A program made the position numbers and the translations under genes. From a virus, in the IMG/VR virus record IMGVR_UViG_3300034159_000051, positions 32,001 through 96,000 of that record: 64,000 nt of DNA. One strand, given 5' to 3'. Numbering within the stretch: the stretch's first letter is position 1; each line of letters opens with the position of its first letter. The notes beneath the pieces are model-generated. The model was not told the origin of the DNA. It worked only from the letters and a program-made list of their open reading frames with translations, and ran no database searches. Of this stretch, positions 21,192 to 34,078 are shown one piece after another.

Positions 21192-24100
21192 CACGGTTTC
21201 ACCCTCAATTCCGACGGCAGGGCAAGCCAAAGGTCGGCAACGGCTTCTTCCGGTGTTGCGCCTTCAAAAATCCACCCCATCAAAAGCTCGCTGTAATGGC
21301 GATAAGACGCCACGTAGCGGCCGGGCTTCTTTTCCAGGGAGAACCAGCCGCGTCCGCCGCGCCCGTCCTCGATTTCTTCCGGGCACCCGTCGATCAACTC
21401 CTCAAGCGCCGGGCTGTAGGCGATAGGAAGCGATGTCTGCCAGGGCACGGCAGTCTTATTTCCAGCAACGACGTACTCTCCGCTTCCCGGCCCGAGATCC
21501 TGATAGACCGGTTGTCGCCAGCCGGCCTCTTTGAGCGCCTGCGCCTTTTTGAAGGATAGCGTCATGGCGTCACCTGCTTGAGCCGTTCTTCGCAGGCGCG
21601 AAGTATGCGCCGGAATAGCTCTTGATCTGCCTCAACGAGCGTCGGCGACGTCAGGCCCGCTTGAAGCTCCATTTCTGCGAGCGCTTGGAAGGAGGTTTCG
21701 AGGGCGGCGTAGCCATTTGCTTTACATGCGCAGGTCCGCGCGCCGTCGGCGACCTCCTTATCGTCGCAAAAAACACGGCGCCCATCTACGGTGGCTCCGC
21801 AGCAATCCTCATCCCGGATCGCTGCGGACACCTTATGCCATAGCGTTTTGAAGGGGTCGTTAGAGGCCATGAACGACAATCCTCTCGATCTCGTCGTCGG
21901 TCAGCTCGTACAAGATAGCTTTTTCGCCAACCCGGATATCATCGAGCGTGAAGAAGACCTTGCTGTCCGCATTTTCGCGGCACGCCGCCAAAATCCCCGC
22001 CAAGAAATTGCGCGGCGTCAGCGGGACAATTGGCCCCGGTCGTAAGGATTCCGGGATGAGCCGCGGGCTGATCTTGAGGGCGACGCAGTAAAGAAAATAG
22101 CAGACGCTCTCCGGCATGAGACGATGAAGCGTCACCCAAAACCGATTGATCACGATTTCCTCCTTTGGAATGGATTCCAGCGCCGCGGCCGCGGCTGCGC
22201 CCTGCATCCTGACTCGTTGGCGTTGACGCCCTGGATGCAGGATAGGTCATAGAGGCCGTGCTCTGCGTCGAGTTCCGTCTGCACACGCTCGTCTCTTACG
22301 CGCATGAGTTCGAGCTGTTGCTTCTCGCGCCGCAGACGGTATTGATCAACCCCCTCCCACGCATCCAGCTCCCCAGACCAGTGATCGGCTGTCTCAGGCT
22401 GGATGCGAGTAGCCTGCGCCGTGGCCGGCTTGACGACTTCATACGTCGTATCGATCACGGCCGGTGGCGGACTTGGCGAGGAGACGGCAGGAAGGGTTTG
22501 CTTTTCCTCCTTCCCAGTTTGTTGTTCCTCCTCCCCAAACGTAGCGACGGTGTGACGCCCAACTAGAAAATTAACGGCCATTGATCACTCCTTTTACTTT
22601 CTTCGTAGTCGAGAAACGAAGCGTCATCTCCGCTGGCTCGACCTTCATCGCGGACCGCCCTCGCCACCCTTTTTATGGAAGGCGCAGAGTATTATTTTTC
22701 CGATCTCGACGGTGACCCCTCCGAGGATGGCGCTGAACGCTAAACGCCAAAACCAGCCTGGGCTTTGATCGAAGCCGCCGGCGATATGGAGGGCGGACCC
22801 GACAACCATGGATGCGGCGAAAATAAAAATAGGATTTGATGTACGCATCACCCGTCACCTATCTTGCGTTCGATGCAATAATGGTCCGCGAACTCCTCTA
22901 TTGTGTGCTTGCCGTTCACGAGGCCGACGATATGGTCATGCAACTCTTTAAGCGCGTAGGCGTGCACGCCGCCATACATCTTGTCGCCGCGCTTGGCGGC
23001 GGACCCGGCGTTCTCGATCAGGCCCTTGAGGTTGACTTTCATGCCGCTCATCTGATCCCCTTCACTTTCTAATGGTACGGCGGAAAATAGAGGCGGCGGG
23101 CGGCCATGCCTTGCCGCTCGTCCTCGCATTTTTCAGGCTGCGGGCAGGCGATCGCAGCGAAGTTTCCACCCTTCGAAATCGGATCGTAGATCGATGTCGA
23201 ATACAGGTAGCAGTTGCAGGTCGAGCACCAGACTTTGCATTCGCACGGGTCTTCGGCGGCTTCGGTCATGTTGCGATCCAATAAGCTCCGACTAAGAGAC
23301 CAACACAAGGAATCGCCGCAAGAATAAAGGCCGCGACGGCGCATCCCTTATGGGGCGCGCCAGGATCGTATCCCCAGCCTGTTTTTGGGTCTGGCATAGG
23401 CATTACGCCAATGATAATTCCAGGGCCGTACTTGCGTTTGGTCATCGGCTCATCTTCCCTACACAAACATCTGCAACCAGTTGTCTTCTTCGTCGTAGCG
23501 GACGCCGCAGCGGATCAAGGTGATGATGTCCTCCTCAGTCGCCGCCTCGGCCAGCGCTTCAAGGTCGACGTCAAGCCCGATTTCATCGTGCCCGGCGTCG
23601 CCGACGATATCGCGGTTGCCCGGAACAAGCTTATCGAGCAAGAGGAAGGCGCACAGGTCCGGGCGCTTGCTTAGCGGGTTCTCGATGCGGCTGAATTCGA
23701 GGAGTTCTCCAGTCCCGTCGGTATCTGTTCCGTCGTATTTTTCGAAGGTCTTTTTTAGGTCGATCGCCATTAATCTGATCCCTTTCAGTTCTTAACTTTT
23801 AACGGAATGCAGGGCATTTTGCAATGCCCTGCATTCGGACGGCGATCGGATCGTAGCGGTCGCAATGCGCCTCGATGACTATCGTTTCGCCGTGCAAGAC
23901 GATTTCCATGCGGCGCCACTCGAAACGCTGCCAGCTTTGCATATAGGATTTCGGAGCAAGCTGGAGCCAGCATGTTTTTGCGTTCGGGCAGGTCTTGTTG
24001 GTGCACATCGTCAGATCGGCCACGTCACCCGGCCCCCAAGAATCGGCCGCGCCGGTTCAGAGCCGCCTTGTATTGCCGCTTCACGCCGTCGTCGAGTTGA

Positions 24101-25210
24101 GATAGAGCCGCATCCGTCAACCACCCGCCGTAGGGATTGCCGTTGTGCTTGATCAGGTCGAGCTTGATCGCCTCGGCGAGTACGCTGGCGATGGTTCTCG
24201 GCCCAAAAGGAAGGGCGAGGATGGTTTGCCCAACGCCGCCCTTGATTGTCCCCATGGCGTAGGCCTCAATCACCTTTTGGATCGTCAGCTTCTCGCTCAT
24301 TGCGCGCTCCTGACATGCAAAAGAGCGCAGGTTGCGCAGACATAGATGCGCCGCACGTTGCCGATCGCATAGAACGGTTGGCCGGCCGTCATCGGCTTAT
24401 GGCACGGCCCGTCGCATATCTCTCCGGCCCTAGCCGTAAAATCGTCGACCTTCATGGCGTCCACCTGGACCGACTCTTGCGTCGTCGCCTGGCTTATTAT
24501 GGTTCGATCAGCCATTTGCAAGTTTCTCCAGAAATTCAGCAAGTTTTTGGAGATCCCCCGCCGTGATCTCGATAAGGCGCATGCCACCGTTTTGGTCTGG
24601 CGCGGCGCGGGAGATGAGGGACTCCCTCGTGGGCATGGTTTTGGTCGCGGAAGCCATTTCGATGAATGGCCTCGCAACAATAGGGTCGTAGATATTCATA
24701 GGCTTATCGGACATCTGATCCCTCCTTATGCGCCAGTCATCGCCGGGGCGAGTTTGTCTGCAAACATGGTTTTTGGACGCGGCGGCGGTGCGCTGCACGC
24801 TATCAGGTACATAAAACAAAGGATTGAAACGTCGGACAAGGTCAAGGCGAAGCCATCCATTCTCCAGCCGAGAAGCGAATGCGTCGGGACAAAAATAGAT
24901 AGGATAGTCCACCAAAAGAGCCTAGAAAAAACAGAATGATACCGCTCTGGATTGGCTGATGTCCCGGAGTGTCTTTCCGCTTGCATGGAGCGGATATAAA
25001 GATAAAAGACAAGCATGGCCGATATTCCAAGCCCAAAAGGTCTGTAATCAAAGATCATGCATGACGCATATACAGAACCGATGTACACCGCCAACGTCAT
25101 GCGCGCTTGCTGGAAGCAGGATAGACCAGTCCACCATTCCAGACGCCATGAAACAGGCTCGACGACATTATCGAGGAACCATATATCGAATTTTGTAATC
25201 TTGCCGAACA
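21191..25210 (-). other. Run of small hypothetical CDS (21191-21565, 21562-21879, 22150-22581, 23459-23770, 23799-24023, 24025-24300, 24726-25210 and others)
   Basis: Packed minus-strand ORFs, several with the AGGGATCAGA motif. Confidence 0.5.
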
Positions 25211-25824
25211 TCTTCTTTCTGATCCCTTTCCTTTTTCGGCTTCTTTGGGAAGCCTCTCGACTTGATGGCGACCTTCGCGCCATCGCTTTTCTGAAAGCCC
25301 CTCGACTTTATGGGCGCCTTCTTCCTGCCCTTTCCGGTTTCGCCGCGGATGCGCTTGCCCTTGGCTATGATGGCGAAGTCTTTTTTATCTTTTTCTAGAG
25401 AGCAAGGGTTGCAACACCAGTACTCCTGATTTTCCGGCCGGTCCGGGTCTTCCCCGGGGGAGCACAGTTCTCGCGCCTTGACATGCTCTCTGCGGAGATT
25501 GTTTCGCGCTAATATTCGGCCACAGCCGCACCCGCACCGGATGTGAGCGCCGTGATAAAACAATGCGTCAAGGGTTTGCGCCTCCGTCGGCGCCCGGCCG
25601 CGCAAGCCGGGTTTCAGGCATCGTTCGCGGACAAAAGCTTGGATGGCTCTATCGAATTGCGTATCCGTTATCGATAGCCTTGATCCACACCCACACCCGC
25701 AGAAGGCAGTCATCCTTTGCCGGAAAAGGATAATAAGCGCCGTCGACACATTGATCGGTTTGCGCTTCGGCGCTTTGGCGACGATGAGCGGCGGCTTCAT
25801 CTTCGGAAGCGCAAGATCGCTCAT
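25168..25824 (-). CDS. Cys-rich HNH-like endonuclease
   Basis: Two CGCGCG motifs; REH..EN..WCCNPC; basic IKSRGF tail. Confidence 0.55.
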   Translation of the reverse strand: MSDLALPKMKPPLIVAKAPKRKPINVSTALIILFRQRMTAFCGCGCGSRLSITDTQFDRAIQAFVRERCLKPGLRGRAPTEAQTLDALFYHGAHIRCGCGCGRILARNNLRREHVKARELCSPGEDPDRPENQEYWCCNPCSLEKDKKDFAIIAKGKRIRGETGKGRKKAPIKSRGFQKSDGAKVAIKSRGFPKKPKKERDQKEDVRQDYKIRYMVPR

Positions 25825-26073
25825 GTGCCGCAAACCCAAATAGGCTTCTCGGTCCGGACCGCTTCCGGCTCCGTCCGATCAAAATAGGCGTATTCGCCTT
25901 CGAAGCGAATGGTGCGCCCATGTTCGGAAACCTCAGCCTTAAGGTAGGTCTCTGTGTAGCCGGCCGCGGCGAGCAGCTCGCGAACCATCGCAGCCGGGAT
26001 CTGCGTCGTAACGCAGGTGGACGGCAGCTCCTTGGCGAGCTTCACCAAATCCTCTACGGAATCGATATTCATC

Positions 26074-27063
26074 TCAAAAGCGATCTGCATTGTGCATCCT
26101 ATCGAAAATCGGCGGCGTCTGCGCCCAAGTCCGGCCATCGAGCAAAGGCATGGATATTTTCTTGCCGCCTTCGAGGCGCTGTTTCAAGAAAAACGGCGTG
26201 GACGAGGATACGCATTGATCACGAAGGTCTCGCTCCCACTCGATCTTCATCGGGCGGGCGAACGGGCCGCTTTCGCCGCCGCAGATCGCCCAATCGAGGC
26301 GCGGCTGATCCTGGCTTTCATCGAGCCAATCATTAAGCGTGACGCCTTCCAGGTAAGGCCGCAGGTTGACCTCGCCGAGCATCGGCTCGACGGAGACGCC
26401 GCGGACGGCGGCCGGCGTCCGAAGCAGGTGCGGGATATGCTCATCGGCGGCGCGCTGGTCCTCGGCCGACACCATCAGAACGACGTTCTGAAGCGGCCAC
26501 GGCGTTGCGTTGCCGAGCGGTTGCGGGAGCGCGGCAATTTTCCATCGTTCCGAAGCGACGCATTCTGACGTCGAAAGCCCGTCAGTCCTGTTATTCGGGT
26601 TATTGGAAAGATGATCCAACATCCGTGCGGAGCGCTTCGTCAGAACGATAAAGACGTGCTGCTGGCATAGCGCCATCACAGCGAAAATTTTATCGATCCA
26701 GCTGTCCGGCACGAAGAAGCCGAACAGATCCGTCATCGAGCACACAAAGATGACCCGGCCGCGTTTCCAGCGGATCGGCTGCGTCAGCATCTTTTCATCA
26801 AGGAAGAGACGAGACTCGCCGTTGCGGTAGCCCTTTTTCTCCTCGCAATAAAGATTGCCCGGCTTGAACTCAAGGCCGGTCCCGAGGCGCATATTCATGT
26901 TCTCGGCATAGCAGAATCGGCACCCCTCGCTGACGTGCTCGCAATGCCAGCCGATGCGCTCTTTGCCGCTGCCGTCGTTCTGGATTTCCCAGAACTTCGC
27001 GCGGATCGGCGTCCAGGTCGACCCGCCGTTTGTCCACTCGATTTTGGTTCTCGCCGCCATCAC
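26074..27063 (-). CDS. DUF5131 (phage Gp37/Gp68, radical-SAM-like) protein
   Basis: TKIEWT, CEHVSEGCRFCYAE, IFVCSMTDLF, LTKR, SVEPML, WAICGGESG and FFLKQ motifs. Confidence 0.92.
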   Translation of the reverse strand: MMAARTKIEWTNGGSTWTPIRAKFWEIQNDGSGKERIGWHCEHVSEGCRFCYAENMNMRLGTGLEFKPGNLYCEEKKGYRNGESRLFLDEKMLTQPIRWKRGRVIFVCSMTDLFGFFVPDSWIDKIFAVMALCQQHVFIVLTKRSARMLDHLSNNPNNRTDGLSTSECVASERWKIAALPQPLGNATPWPLQNVVLMVSAEDQRAADEHIPHLLRTPAAVRGVSVEPMLGEVNLRPYLEGVTLNDWLDESQDQPRLDWAICGGESGPFARPMKIEWERDLRDQCVSSSTPFFLKQRLEGGKKISMPLLDGRTWAQTPPIFDRMHNADRF

Positions 27064-27934
27064 GCCGCCTTTTGTTCAAGAGGTGTGCCATTAGGGATGA
27101 TGTCTTCGACGTCGAAGCGATACCCCTTGATCAGCCGCTTGAATGCAACCGAGGACGTCATGCGGAGCGTCTGTCGCCCGAAGGCGTCGCCTTGCGGGCT
27201 AATCCATTCGCGACGAAAGAATGTGCGCTCATGGCACCCTTTCGGGCGGTAGCGATCAACAACCGTGATCCGGCATTTTCCCATGCCGTGGGCATATGTG
27301 AAAGAACCTCCATTGCCTTCATTTTCGGTGATGGCGCCGGGCTTCCATTCGCCCTTCGGCCCCTCAAGAAAAGGAGGGTCATACGGCTTCCAGATGAACG
27401 GGTATTCAAATTCGTAGATTTCCGCCGCCTCGGCCTCTTCCGTCTGTTTTTTCATCGATCTGATCCCTTTTTGCTTTGATTCGAAACTATACCACGCCAA
27501 AGCCGAAGCTCAAAAGCCTCGCCTTGGTTTTGTCTCTATTTTCCGCGTAATTCGGTACTCTTTCGGATGCATAAACGCGATGACAAGGTCGCAGGAAACA
27601 GTCGACGATCCCTCATCATGCCGAAAGTCCGACGTGATCTGGACCCCCTCAAGAAGATCGCGAGCGACCTCGATAGCTTTTTCCGCAAGCGGTCCGGCCA
27701 CGCCCTGCGCGAGTCTGAACTCAAGCTCGCGAACAAGGTGCTGGAACGTCGGCTGCGCCCGCGCGTGATCGAAGGCGCTGAACACGTTCTCCAGGTGGGC
27801 GAGACGCCGCACCATCCGATCGAACTTCGCCTGATACAAGATGGCATCATCCTCCCGCTCCTGCTGCTTATTGAGGGCCTCGGCGCGGTTCCGGGCGGCC
27901 GCCAGGATTTCATCTTCGTGCTTGGCTAAGGTCT

Positions 27935-28480
27935 TCACCGTCTCGGCCTCCTTTTTTCGCCGCTCTCCTTCCATTCCTGGATATCGAACCCGATTTTTTC
28001 ATACAGGAAATTGAAAATCTTGTTCGTGACCTCGCAGAACTTCTTTTCGCTGATGCTGTTCTCGCCCAGCGTAGCGATGCTGGCCGGGCGCAGGACGGCG
28101 ATGCATCCTCCTTCGACCTCCTGCGGCCAACCATAAAGCTTGTTCATGCGATCAGATTCCATCTGCGCCATCAAGACGCGCATGGAGAACTCTTTTTCTT
28201 TCTTTGTATTAAACGGAAGGGCCGCATAAGGCAGGATGTGCCCGGCCTTTACCGTTAGCCATTTACGCAACTGCGTTTCGTCGATCGGCGTGAAGTTGTC
28301 GATTTTTGCGAGCGTCTCCGCATCAGTCGGCCAAACCTCAAAAAGATGAGCGATGGCCGCAAAGAGAAGCCCCATGTGCTTTTCAGAGCGGGCGTCGTCG
28401 AGGATGTATCCACATCCCGGGCAATACGGAACCCCATCAGCCCACCTGATTCGTGTCGGTATTTTCTGACCCCTCGCCAT
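27935..28480 (-). CDS. DUF1367-like phage protein
   Basis: RSEKH..LFAAI and QLRKWLTVKAGH motifs; located near recombination genes. Confidence 0.5.
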   Translation of the reverse strand: MARGQKIPTRIRWADGVPYCPGCGYILDDARSEKHMGLLFAAIAHLFEVWPTDAETLAKIDNFTPIDETQLRKWLTVKAGHILPYAALPFNTKKEKEFSMRVLMAQMESDRMNKLYGWPQEVEGGCIAVLRPASIATLGENSISEKKFCEVTNKIFNFLYEKIGFDIQEWKESGEKRRPRR

Positions 28481-29666
28481 GGATTACTCCACAATCGGAT
28501 CGAGGTGCTTGATAGCGAGCATGATCCAGATCGTCCAGGCGATGGCATACGCCATCGGCCTAAAGACATAGGTTGCAAGCCCCTCCTTTGCTTGGGCGTA
28601 ATCTCGGTCGAGTTGCTCGCGCTCGGCGTCGGCGCGGAGCTTTTCGTTCTCCGGCGAACGCCAGTTGTCGTTATAGGTCATTCTTTGTCCACAAGAGCAG
28701 TTAGAGCAGCGATCTCATGCAGCGCCGGCAGCACCGGCCCCAGCTGCTTGACGATCTTCCCGACGGCAAAAGCGACCTGCATCCGATGCCTGCGAACGTC
28801 ATCCGGGAAATCGACATGTTTTTGCTCCCCGCGCAGTTCAAGGAACTCTTTGTAATCCTGGACGATTTGCCGGAACCCGTCCAAAAGCTCCTTGTGACTG
28901 AACAGCGGCGCCGCCGCGGTTTTTGGCCCGTTATCTTCAGCCATTCGATATGTCCTTCCTCTGTCCAAATCGCCCGTGCAGAGCGATGATTTTATCCAAA
29001 GTCACGGCGCGCATCTCCCGCGAGTTCCATTTTTCGGCGTTGCCGCTGCGCTTGGCGGTTTGATCCAGGTCCGACCAGATGTCGCGCAGAAGCTCGCGGG
29101 CGGAGACGGCCGCCGCCCGGCAGCGCGCAATATTCGCCCCCTGCTCAAGGATGGTGGCGTGCAGGGCCTCCTTTTGCGCCTGTAGCGTTCGGACCTGAGC
29201 TTCAAGGGAGTCGACCAGTAAAACCGCATCCGCCGCCCTGTTGCCCGGCAGGCTCCATCCGGCCGCCTTTCGAAGCCATGTCGTAATTTCGCCGATCATG
29301 CCGTCCCCTCGATTCTTCTCTTAATCGAATCAATATTCACCTTTAGCCACCTCAGCGTGCGCAGCGTGTCAAGTAGCCCCCGAAGCCGGAACTCGGCGTC
29401 GCCCGGCCCCATTGATCCGGCCTCCACCTTGTCGCGGTAGCAGTCCTCTATGCACTCAAAGACGATCCGGACAGATTGTATCTGATGGTCGATATTTGGA
29501 TTCTGACTTAGCCCCGGCTCGATCCATCGAGGCGCATACGCCTCGATATGATAGGGCTCGCCTTTCCGCCGCGTCTTACGGCCGACGAGCGGATCCTTGG
29601 GTGGATGGGGCGGCCCCTGGACAGGCCCCATCGCCCTCCTTTTTTGCCGGTTGCTCCGCGCCATGG

Positions 29667-30952
29667 TCAGAACTTGATGCAGAGCGGTTCGATCCGGCCG
29701 TCCAAAATCGCCTGGACGATGTTCGCCGCCTTCGCCTTGCTGATCCTGCCAGCATCCGCCACGCCAGCGATTACAGCGTCGATGATCGCAGTGCGATGCA
29801 GCACGTTCGCTTGGCGCTCGGCCTCTAGGCGGTCTTGGGTGGCGAGAAAGGCGAGGCGGGCCTGCTCGGCGTCTTCAGCCTTCCGGCGCTCCTCTGCCGC
29901 CGCCAGTTCGGCGGCCTCTTCGCGCTCGCGCTGGATGCGTTTCTCAAGCTCTTGCTTCTTGAATTCTTCCATGATGGCGTGCGTTTCAAGGCAAGCCGCA
30001 ATGTCCTTGCGGGCTTCGGCCATCAGCTCGTCGTAGCGCGGACGGAATTCCTGCCAGTCGCGCTCATGCGCCGCGACCGCATCGAACCCGCTGGCAAGAT
30101 ACTGAACGCGCTCCAATGAATTGTAAGGAGAGGTAATGTCTCTCACCATGCCGCACAGCGCGGCGAGCGCGGCCTCGTGACCGGCGATCCGCTTGCCTTC
30201 GGCCTGGATGAGCGCTTCCGCCTGCTCGGCCTCCTGGCGCTTCCTGGCGTCCTCCTCGGCTGCACGCTTGACACGCTCGGCGCGGAACGCTTCCAGCTCG
30301 GCCCGGTCCGCCTCATCCCGCGTAAGTTTATCAATACTTTCCTTTAGAGACTTGATCGTAAAGACCTTGGCCTCGACGCGGTCGACATCCCCATTGATCG
30401 CCTCCACGGTCGCCAGCCGGGCGCGGAGCGTCGCGCTGGTGTCGTCGGCGCTGATCATGCGGGCGGCGTCGAGAAAATCCAGGTCTTCCTTGATTTTCGC
30501 TTCGCGCTTGGCTTCCTCAGCCTTCCAGACGTCAAGGTCTTTCCGAACCCGCTTAACCAGCGCGTCTATATCCTCAAGGATATCCTTTTTATCATCGTTC
30601 ACGGCTTTGGTCTTATCGCGATACTCTTTCGTCAGCTGCTTCGCCGCCTCCTCGATTGGGGACTTGCGCAGCGTCAACTGCTGGTAAGCGAAGGAGGTGA
30701 TCTCGTCGCGCTCGGCCTTCGTTCCGACGGTAAGCTTCCGCGCCTCAAAATCCTTGACGCGGTCCTTCAGCTCAGCCAGGAAAGCGGCGCGGATTTCCGC
30801 TCTTATCAGAACCGACGAAGGCCTGCCATTGACATAGTCAATGGCGGACGATTTCAGCTCCAAGACGGCGATTTCCTGGCCGGTTGCGATCTTCGTCAGC
30901 CCCGTCTCTTCGGAAGCCTCAGCCACATTTGGCATAGTCGAATTGTCCATGA
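29667..30952 (-). CDS. Long coiled-coil protein of the recombination module
   Basis: E/A/K/R-rich helical protein next to the exonuclease/ERF genes; AAGGGATCAGA before the start. Confidence 0.6.
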
Positions 30953-31545
30953 TGATCTGATCCCTTTTGTTTACATCCTGTCTTTTTCGACGCGGGCGAT
31001 CCGCGACAGGATCTCCGGGACGCTTTCCCTGACTGCAACCGATTCCTCGGAGCCAAGAACATTGAGCCACGACTGATAATCATTTCGAAGCGTTGGCGTG
31101 TAGGAAACGATCGTATCGATCCGAATGATCGCGGAACGGTTATCCGCCAGCGTCAGGACGATGCTGCGCGTTTTGTAAAGCTCCGCCTCCATCATCGAAA
31201 GGACTTCCGCTGTGGTTGGAATAATCACGTCTTTCATCGATCTGATCCCTTATGCGCAGTCGCGAAGAATGTTGCAGATGGTCAGGCTGTCCCGACTTGG
31301 TTTCATTCGCCCGGACGGGCTATAAACATCTAGCTTCATGCCGACTGGTTTTTCGGCATCCTCGCGCCCAGCGAGCGCGGCCTCGTAGATGTCGAGAACT
31401 CGCTCCAATGCGAGCGTAGGATTGACGCGACTCATGCCGCCACGGCCGCGCGCCTCCTTAATGAAGTGGCGCAGTTCTCCGATGGAGATGTCTCCGCTTC
31501 TGGCGATGCGCTGCGCTTCTCGTTTATTCATTCATCTGATCCCTT

Positions 31546-32178
31546 TTATACGCCGTAGGCGCGAACGCGCTCGACGACGTCTGCAAGCTCATTGTTAAAC
31601 CTATCTACTTCGTTTGACAAGAGCCGAATATAGGCCGATTCCCGGTAGGCCCTCACCTTGTAATGCATCGTCTTCGCGCTGGGCGGCTTGCGATAGTAGA
31701 CAAAGAGATCTGTCCATTCCCTTTCTGCGACCCAGAGCTGGCCCTGGACCTGGGCCTTGAATTTTGGCGGGAAATCGGCCTTGAGAATCATCTCGATAAT
31801 CAAGTCAGGCAGGCAGGTTTTGATCTCCAGCATGCCGGCGGCGGCGATCAGGGAATCGGGCGACGCGCCCTTCTCGCCATTCTTGATGAACCCGACCTGC
31901 ACCGGCTCAGAGTCAGTCAGGAAGGCGTAAAACTCGCGCGCCTCGGCCTCCAGGTCTTTTCCCCGCTGCATGTGACGGTTGGAGTAGCTCTCCATCGGCT
32001 CGCCGGAGATAATCTCCCCGGCGAGCTGCAGCATGTATTTTCGGCGCGTCAAGCTTTCGGGCGTATCGCGTCCTTTGGCAGAGACGGTCCCGAACCTAGA
32101 GGCCGTCGGGATGCCTTTCCTGACCTGAAACCATCGATCAGTGCCTTGCTCAATATCGTCAAAGATTTCAATCGTCAT
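31546..32178 (-). CDS. YqaJ / lambda-type exonuclease
   Basis: EQGTDRWFQVRKGIPTAS, GASPD, LEIK and QVQGQLWV motifs. Confidence 0.92.
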   Translation of the reverse strand: MTIEIFDDIEQGTDRWFQVRKGIPTASRFGTVSAKGRDTPESLTRRKYMLQLAGEIISGEPMESYSNRHMQRGKDLEAEAREFYAFLTDSEPVQVGFIKNGEKGASPDSLIAAAGMLEIKTCLPDLIIEMILKADFPPKFKAQVQGQLWVAEREWTDLFVYYRKPPSAKTMHYKVRAYRESAYIRLLSNEVDRFNNELADVVERVRAYGV

Positions 32179-33125
32179 TTTTGGTTCTGCGCCCGAAGAG
32201 TCTCTCCCTTCTTTTTGCTGAGAGCCGCCACAGCGCGGTCGAAGTGCTGGGCGTGGATCTCTGCATAATTTCCAAACGCGACGCCGAACGCCTTGCTTGC
32301 CCATTTGCAGAAGGCGGCTTCGTTCACCTCGACCTCTTTGGCGAGCAGTTTTATCTGGATCAACTGCTCCTCGCTCAGCTTCTCCGGGCCGGACCCGCCG
32401 TTAGCATCGGCTGTCGCTGCATCGGCCGTCTCCTTGTCTTTTCGGCTGGCGAGGCCGAGGGCCGTCCTAAGCGTCGCCGTTTGCAGGATCGTGAGGGCTG
32501 AGTTGACCGCCTTATGGGGCGGTTTGTTGCCGGATGTATCTGGCCCCCCCCATAATTTAACTTTGATGCTGTGCCCGCCATGATGGGTGACGATGCAGGT
32601 CACCGTGATTTTCTGGCTGTACTCCCCAGGATTGTCGAGCGGTATCAGCTCTTGCTCGATTTCGAACCGGTGACTGATGCCGTACTTGCTTAGAGCCGGG
32701 ACGGCCTTGTCGTAGATCTCGGCCATCGTCGTATAGTCGTAGTCCGTATCCTTCTTGTCGGCCGCGCCCGCCTTCGCGGCGTAGCCGACATGAGCGTCCT
32801 TATCGAGCACTGTAATCTCGCCCTTGGCGAGGGCGAAAGCTTCGTCGAACTTACGCTTGGCTTCTGCGGCGGCAAAGCGCTCGTGCAAGGTCACAAGCTT
32901 ATCGATCGTCGCAAGAGCAGCTTCCCCGCCCGTCAAAGCAAGCTGTTGGATTGTGCTCATAATAGCCACGGACTGCGTTTGTTGAACCGGGGCTGTTTCT
33001 GCGACCTGGATGGGGACGCCATATCGTCCGCCAGAGACTACCTCGTGGCTTGTTTGGCGGTTTTCCTGGTGGTTTCTTTTATCGTTTTCCACGGGCTCGA
33101 AATCGTTTTTGTCGCCTGACGCCAT
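32175..33125 (-). CDS. ERF family single-strand annealing protein
   Basis: Y.YTTM.EI...VPALSKYGI, VTC.VTH.GGH, PDTSGNK..SALT; adjacent to the exonuclease. Confidence 0.8.
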   Translation of the reverse strand: MASGDKNDFEPVENDKRNHQENRQTSHEVVSGGRYGVPIQVAETAPVQQTQSVAIMSTIQQLALTGGEAALATIDKLVTLHERFAAAEAKRKFDEAFALAKGEITVLDKDAHVGYAAKAGAADKKDTDYDYTTMAEIYDKAVPALSKYGISHRFEIEQELIPLDNPGEYSQKITVTCIVTHHGGHSIKVKLWGGPDTSGNKPPHKAVNSALTILQTATLRTALGLASRKDKETADAATADANGGSGPEKLSEEQLIQIKLLAKEVEVNEAAFCKWASKAFGVAFGNYAEIHAQHFDRAVAALSKKKGETLRAQNQK

Positions 33126-33685
33126 TGCCTGATCCCTTCGTTTCTTGGTATCGCTCCGAATGCAAGAATTATACTTACAAGCAGAATCACAGTCCAGCTA
33201 ATAGTTAGAATTACGCCCTTTAAAATCTTCATCGCCTCACCCCATTTTTGGAGGAACGCGTGACTATTTCTCTCCGTTCTGATCCCTATATGAACGCCAA
33301 TCTACTGGCGTTCATTTGTAACTTCGAGGGGCGGAGCCTCAAGCCGCCCGGTTTTTCTCTTTGATCTGCCGATCAATTCTATTAAGATGCTCGGCTACGT
33401 CTCGACTGAAGCACTCGCTGTGCTTTTTGACCGTTCGCGCAGCCTTTCCTGACGCCGCAAACGCAAACCCGAACTGCGTGTCGTATGAGAGGGCGAGGCC
33501 GCGGGATTCGAGATCGCGCCACGCTTCGAGATCCGGCCCATCGCGCCCGGTCAAATACGTGTTCCGGGACGCAATGCCGAGCGGGTTTTGCGCCAAGCCA
33601 AGGCCGTGGCGGATCATGTTGCGCTGGTGCTCGCTCAGAATTGCGGGCGCTTCGAGCGTTTCCATCATCTCGCAGAAGTTCCTGC

Positions 33686-34078
33686 TCATGACGCCGCCTT
33701 TCGGTTGTCGCGTAACCGCTTATCGCGCTCTGGGCTTTTGACCCGACCCTGGCCCGTTGGTCCTGGCCGATTATCGACTAAGCGTCGATCGTGATCCGGG
33801 TTTTTAACCCGGCCCTGGCCCGTTGGTCCGGGTCGATTCGTCGCCAAACGCCTGTCGTGCTCCGGGTTCTTGACGCGACCTTGTCCGGTCGGACCCGGTC
33901 GATTCGTCGCTAGACGCCTGTCGCGATCGGTGTCCTTGACACGACCTTGGCCTGTCGGACCCAATCTGTTCGATGCAAGGCGCTTGTCCCGCGAAGGGTC
34001 TTTGACGCGGCCCTGGCCGCCTTGCTTAACAGCAGGCTCATCCGCGGTCGGAGCCTCTTTTTCTTTGGTTTTCGCCAT
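33686..34078 (-). CDS. Basic protein with five 22-aa repeats
   Basis: Repeats of GQGRVK(D/N)PxxDxRLxxNRPGPT; 66-nt periodicity. Confidence 0.7.
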   Translation of the reverse strand: MAKTKEKEAPTADEPAVKQGGQGRVKDPSRDKRLASNRLGPTGQGRVKDTDRDRRLATNRPGPTGQGRVKNPEHDRRLATNRPGPTGQGRVKNPDHDRRLVDNRPGPTGQGRVKSPERDKRLRDNRKAAS

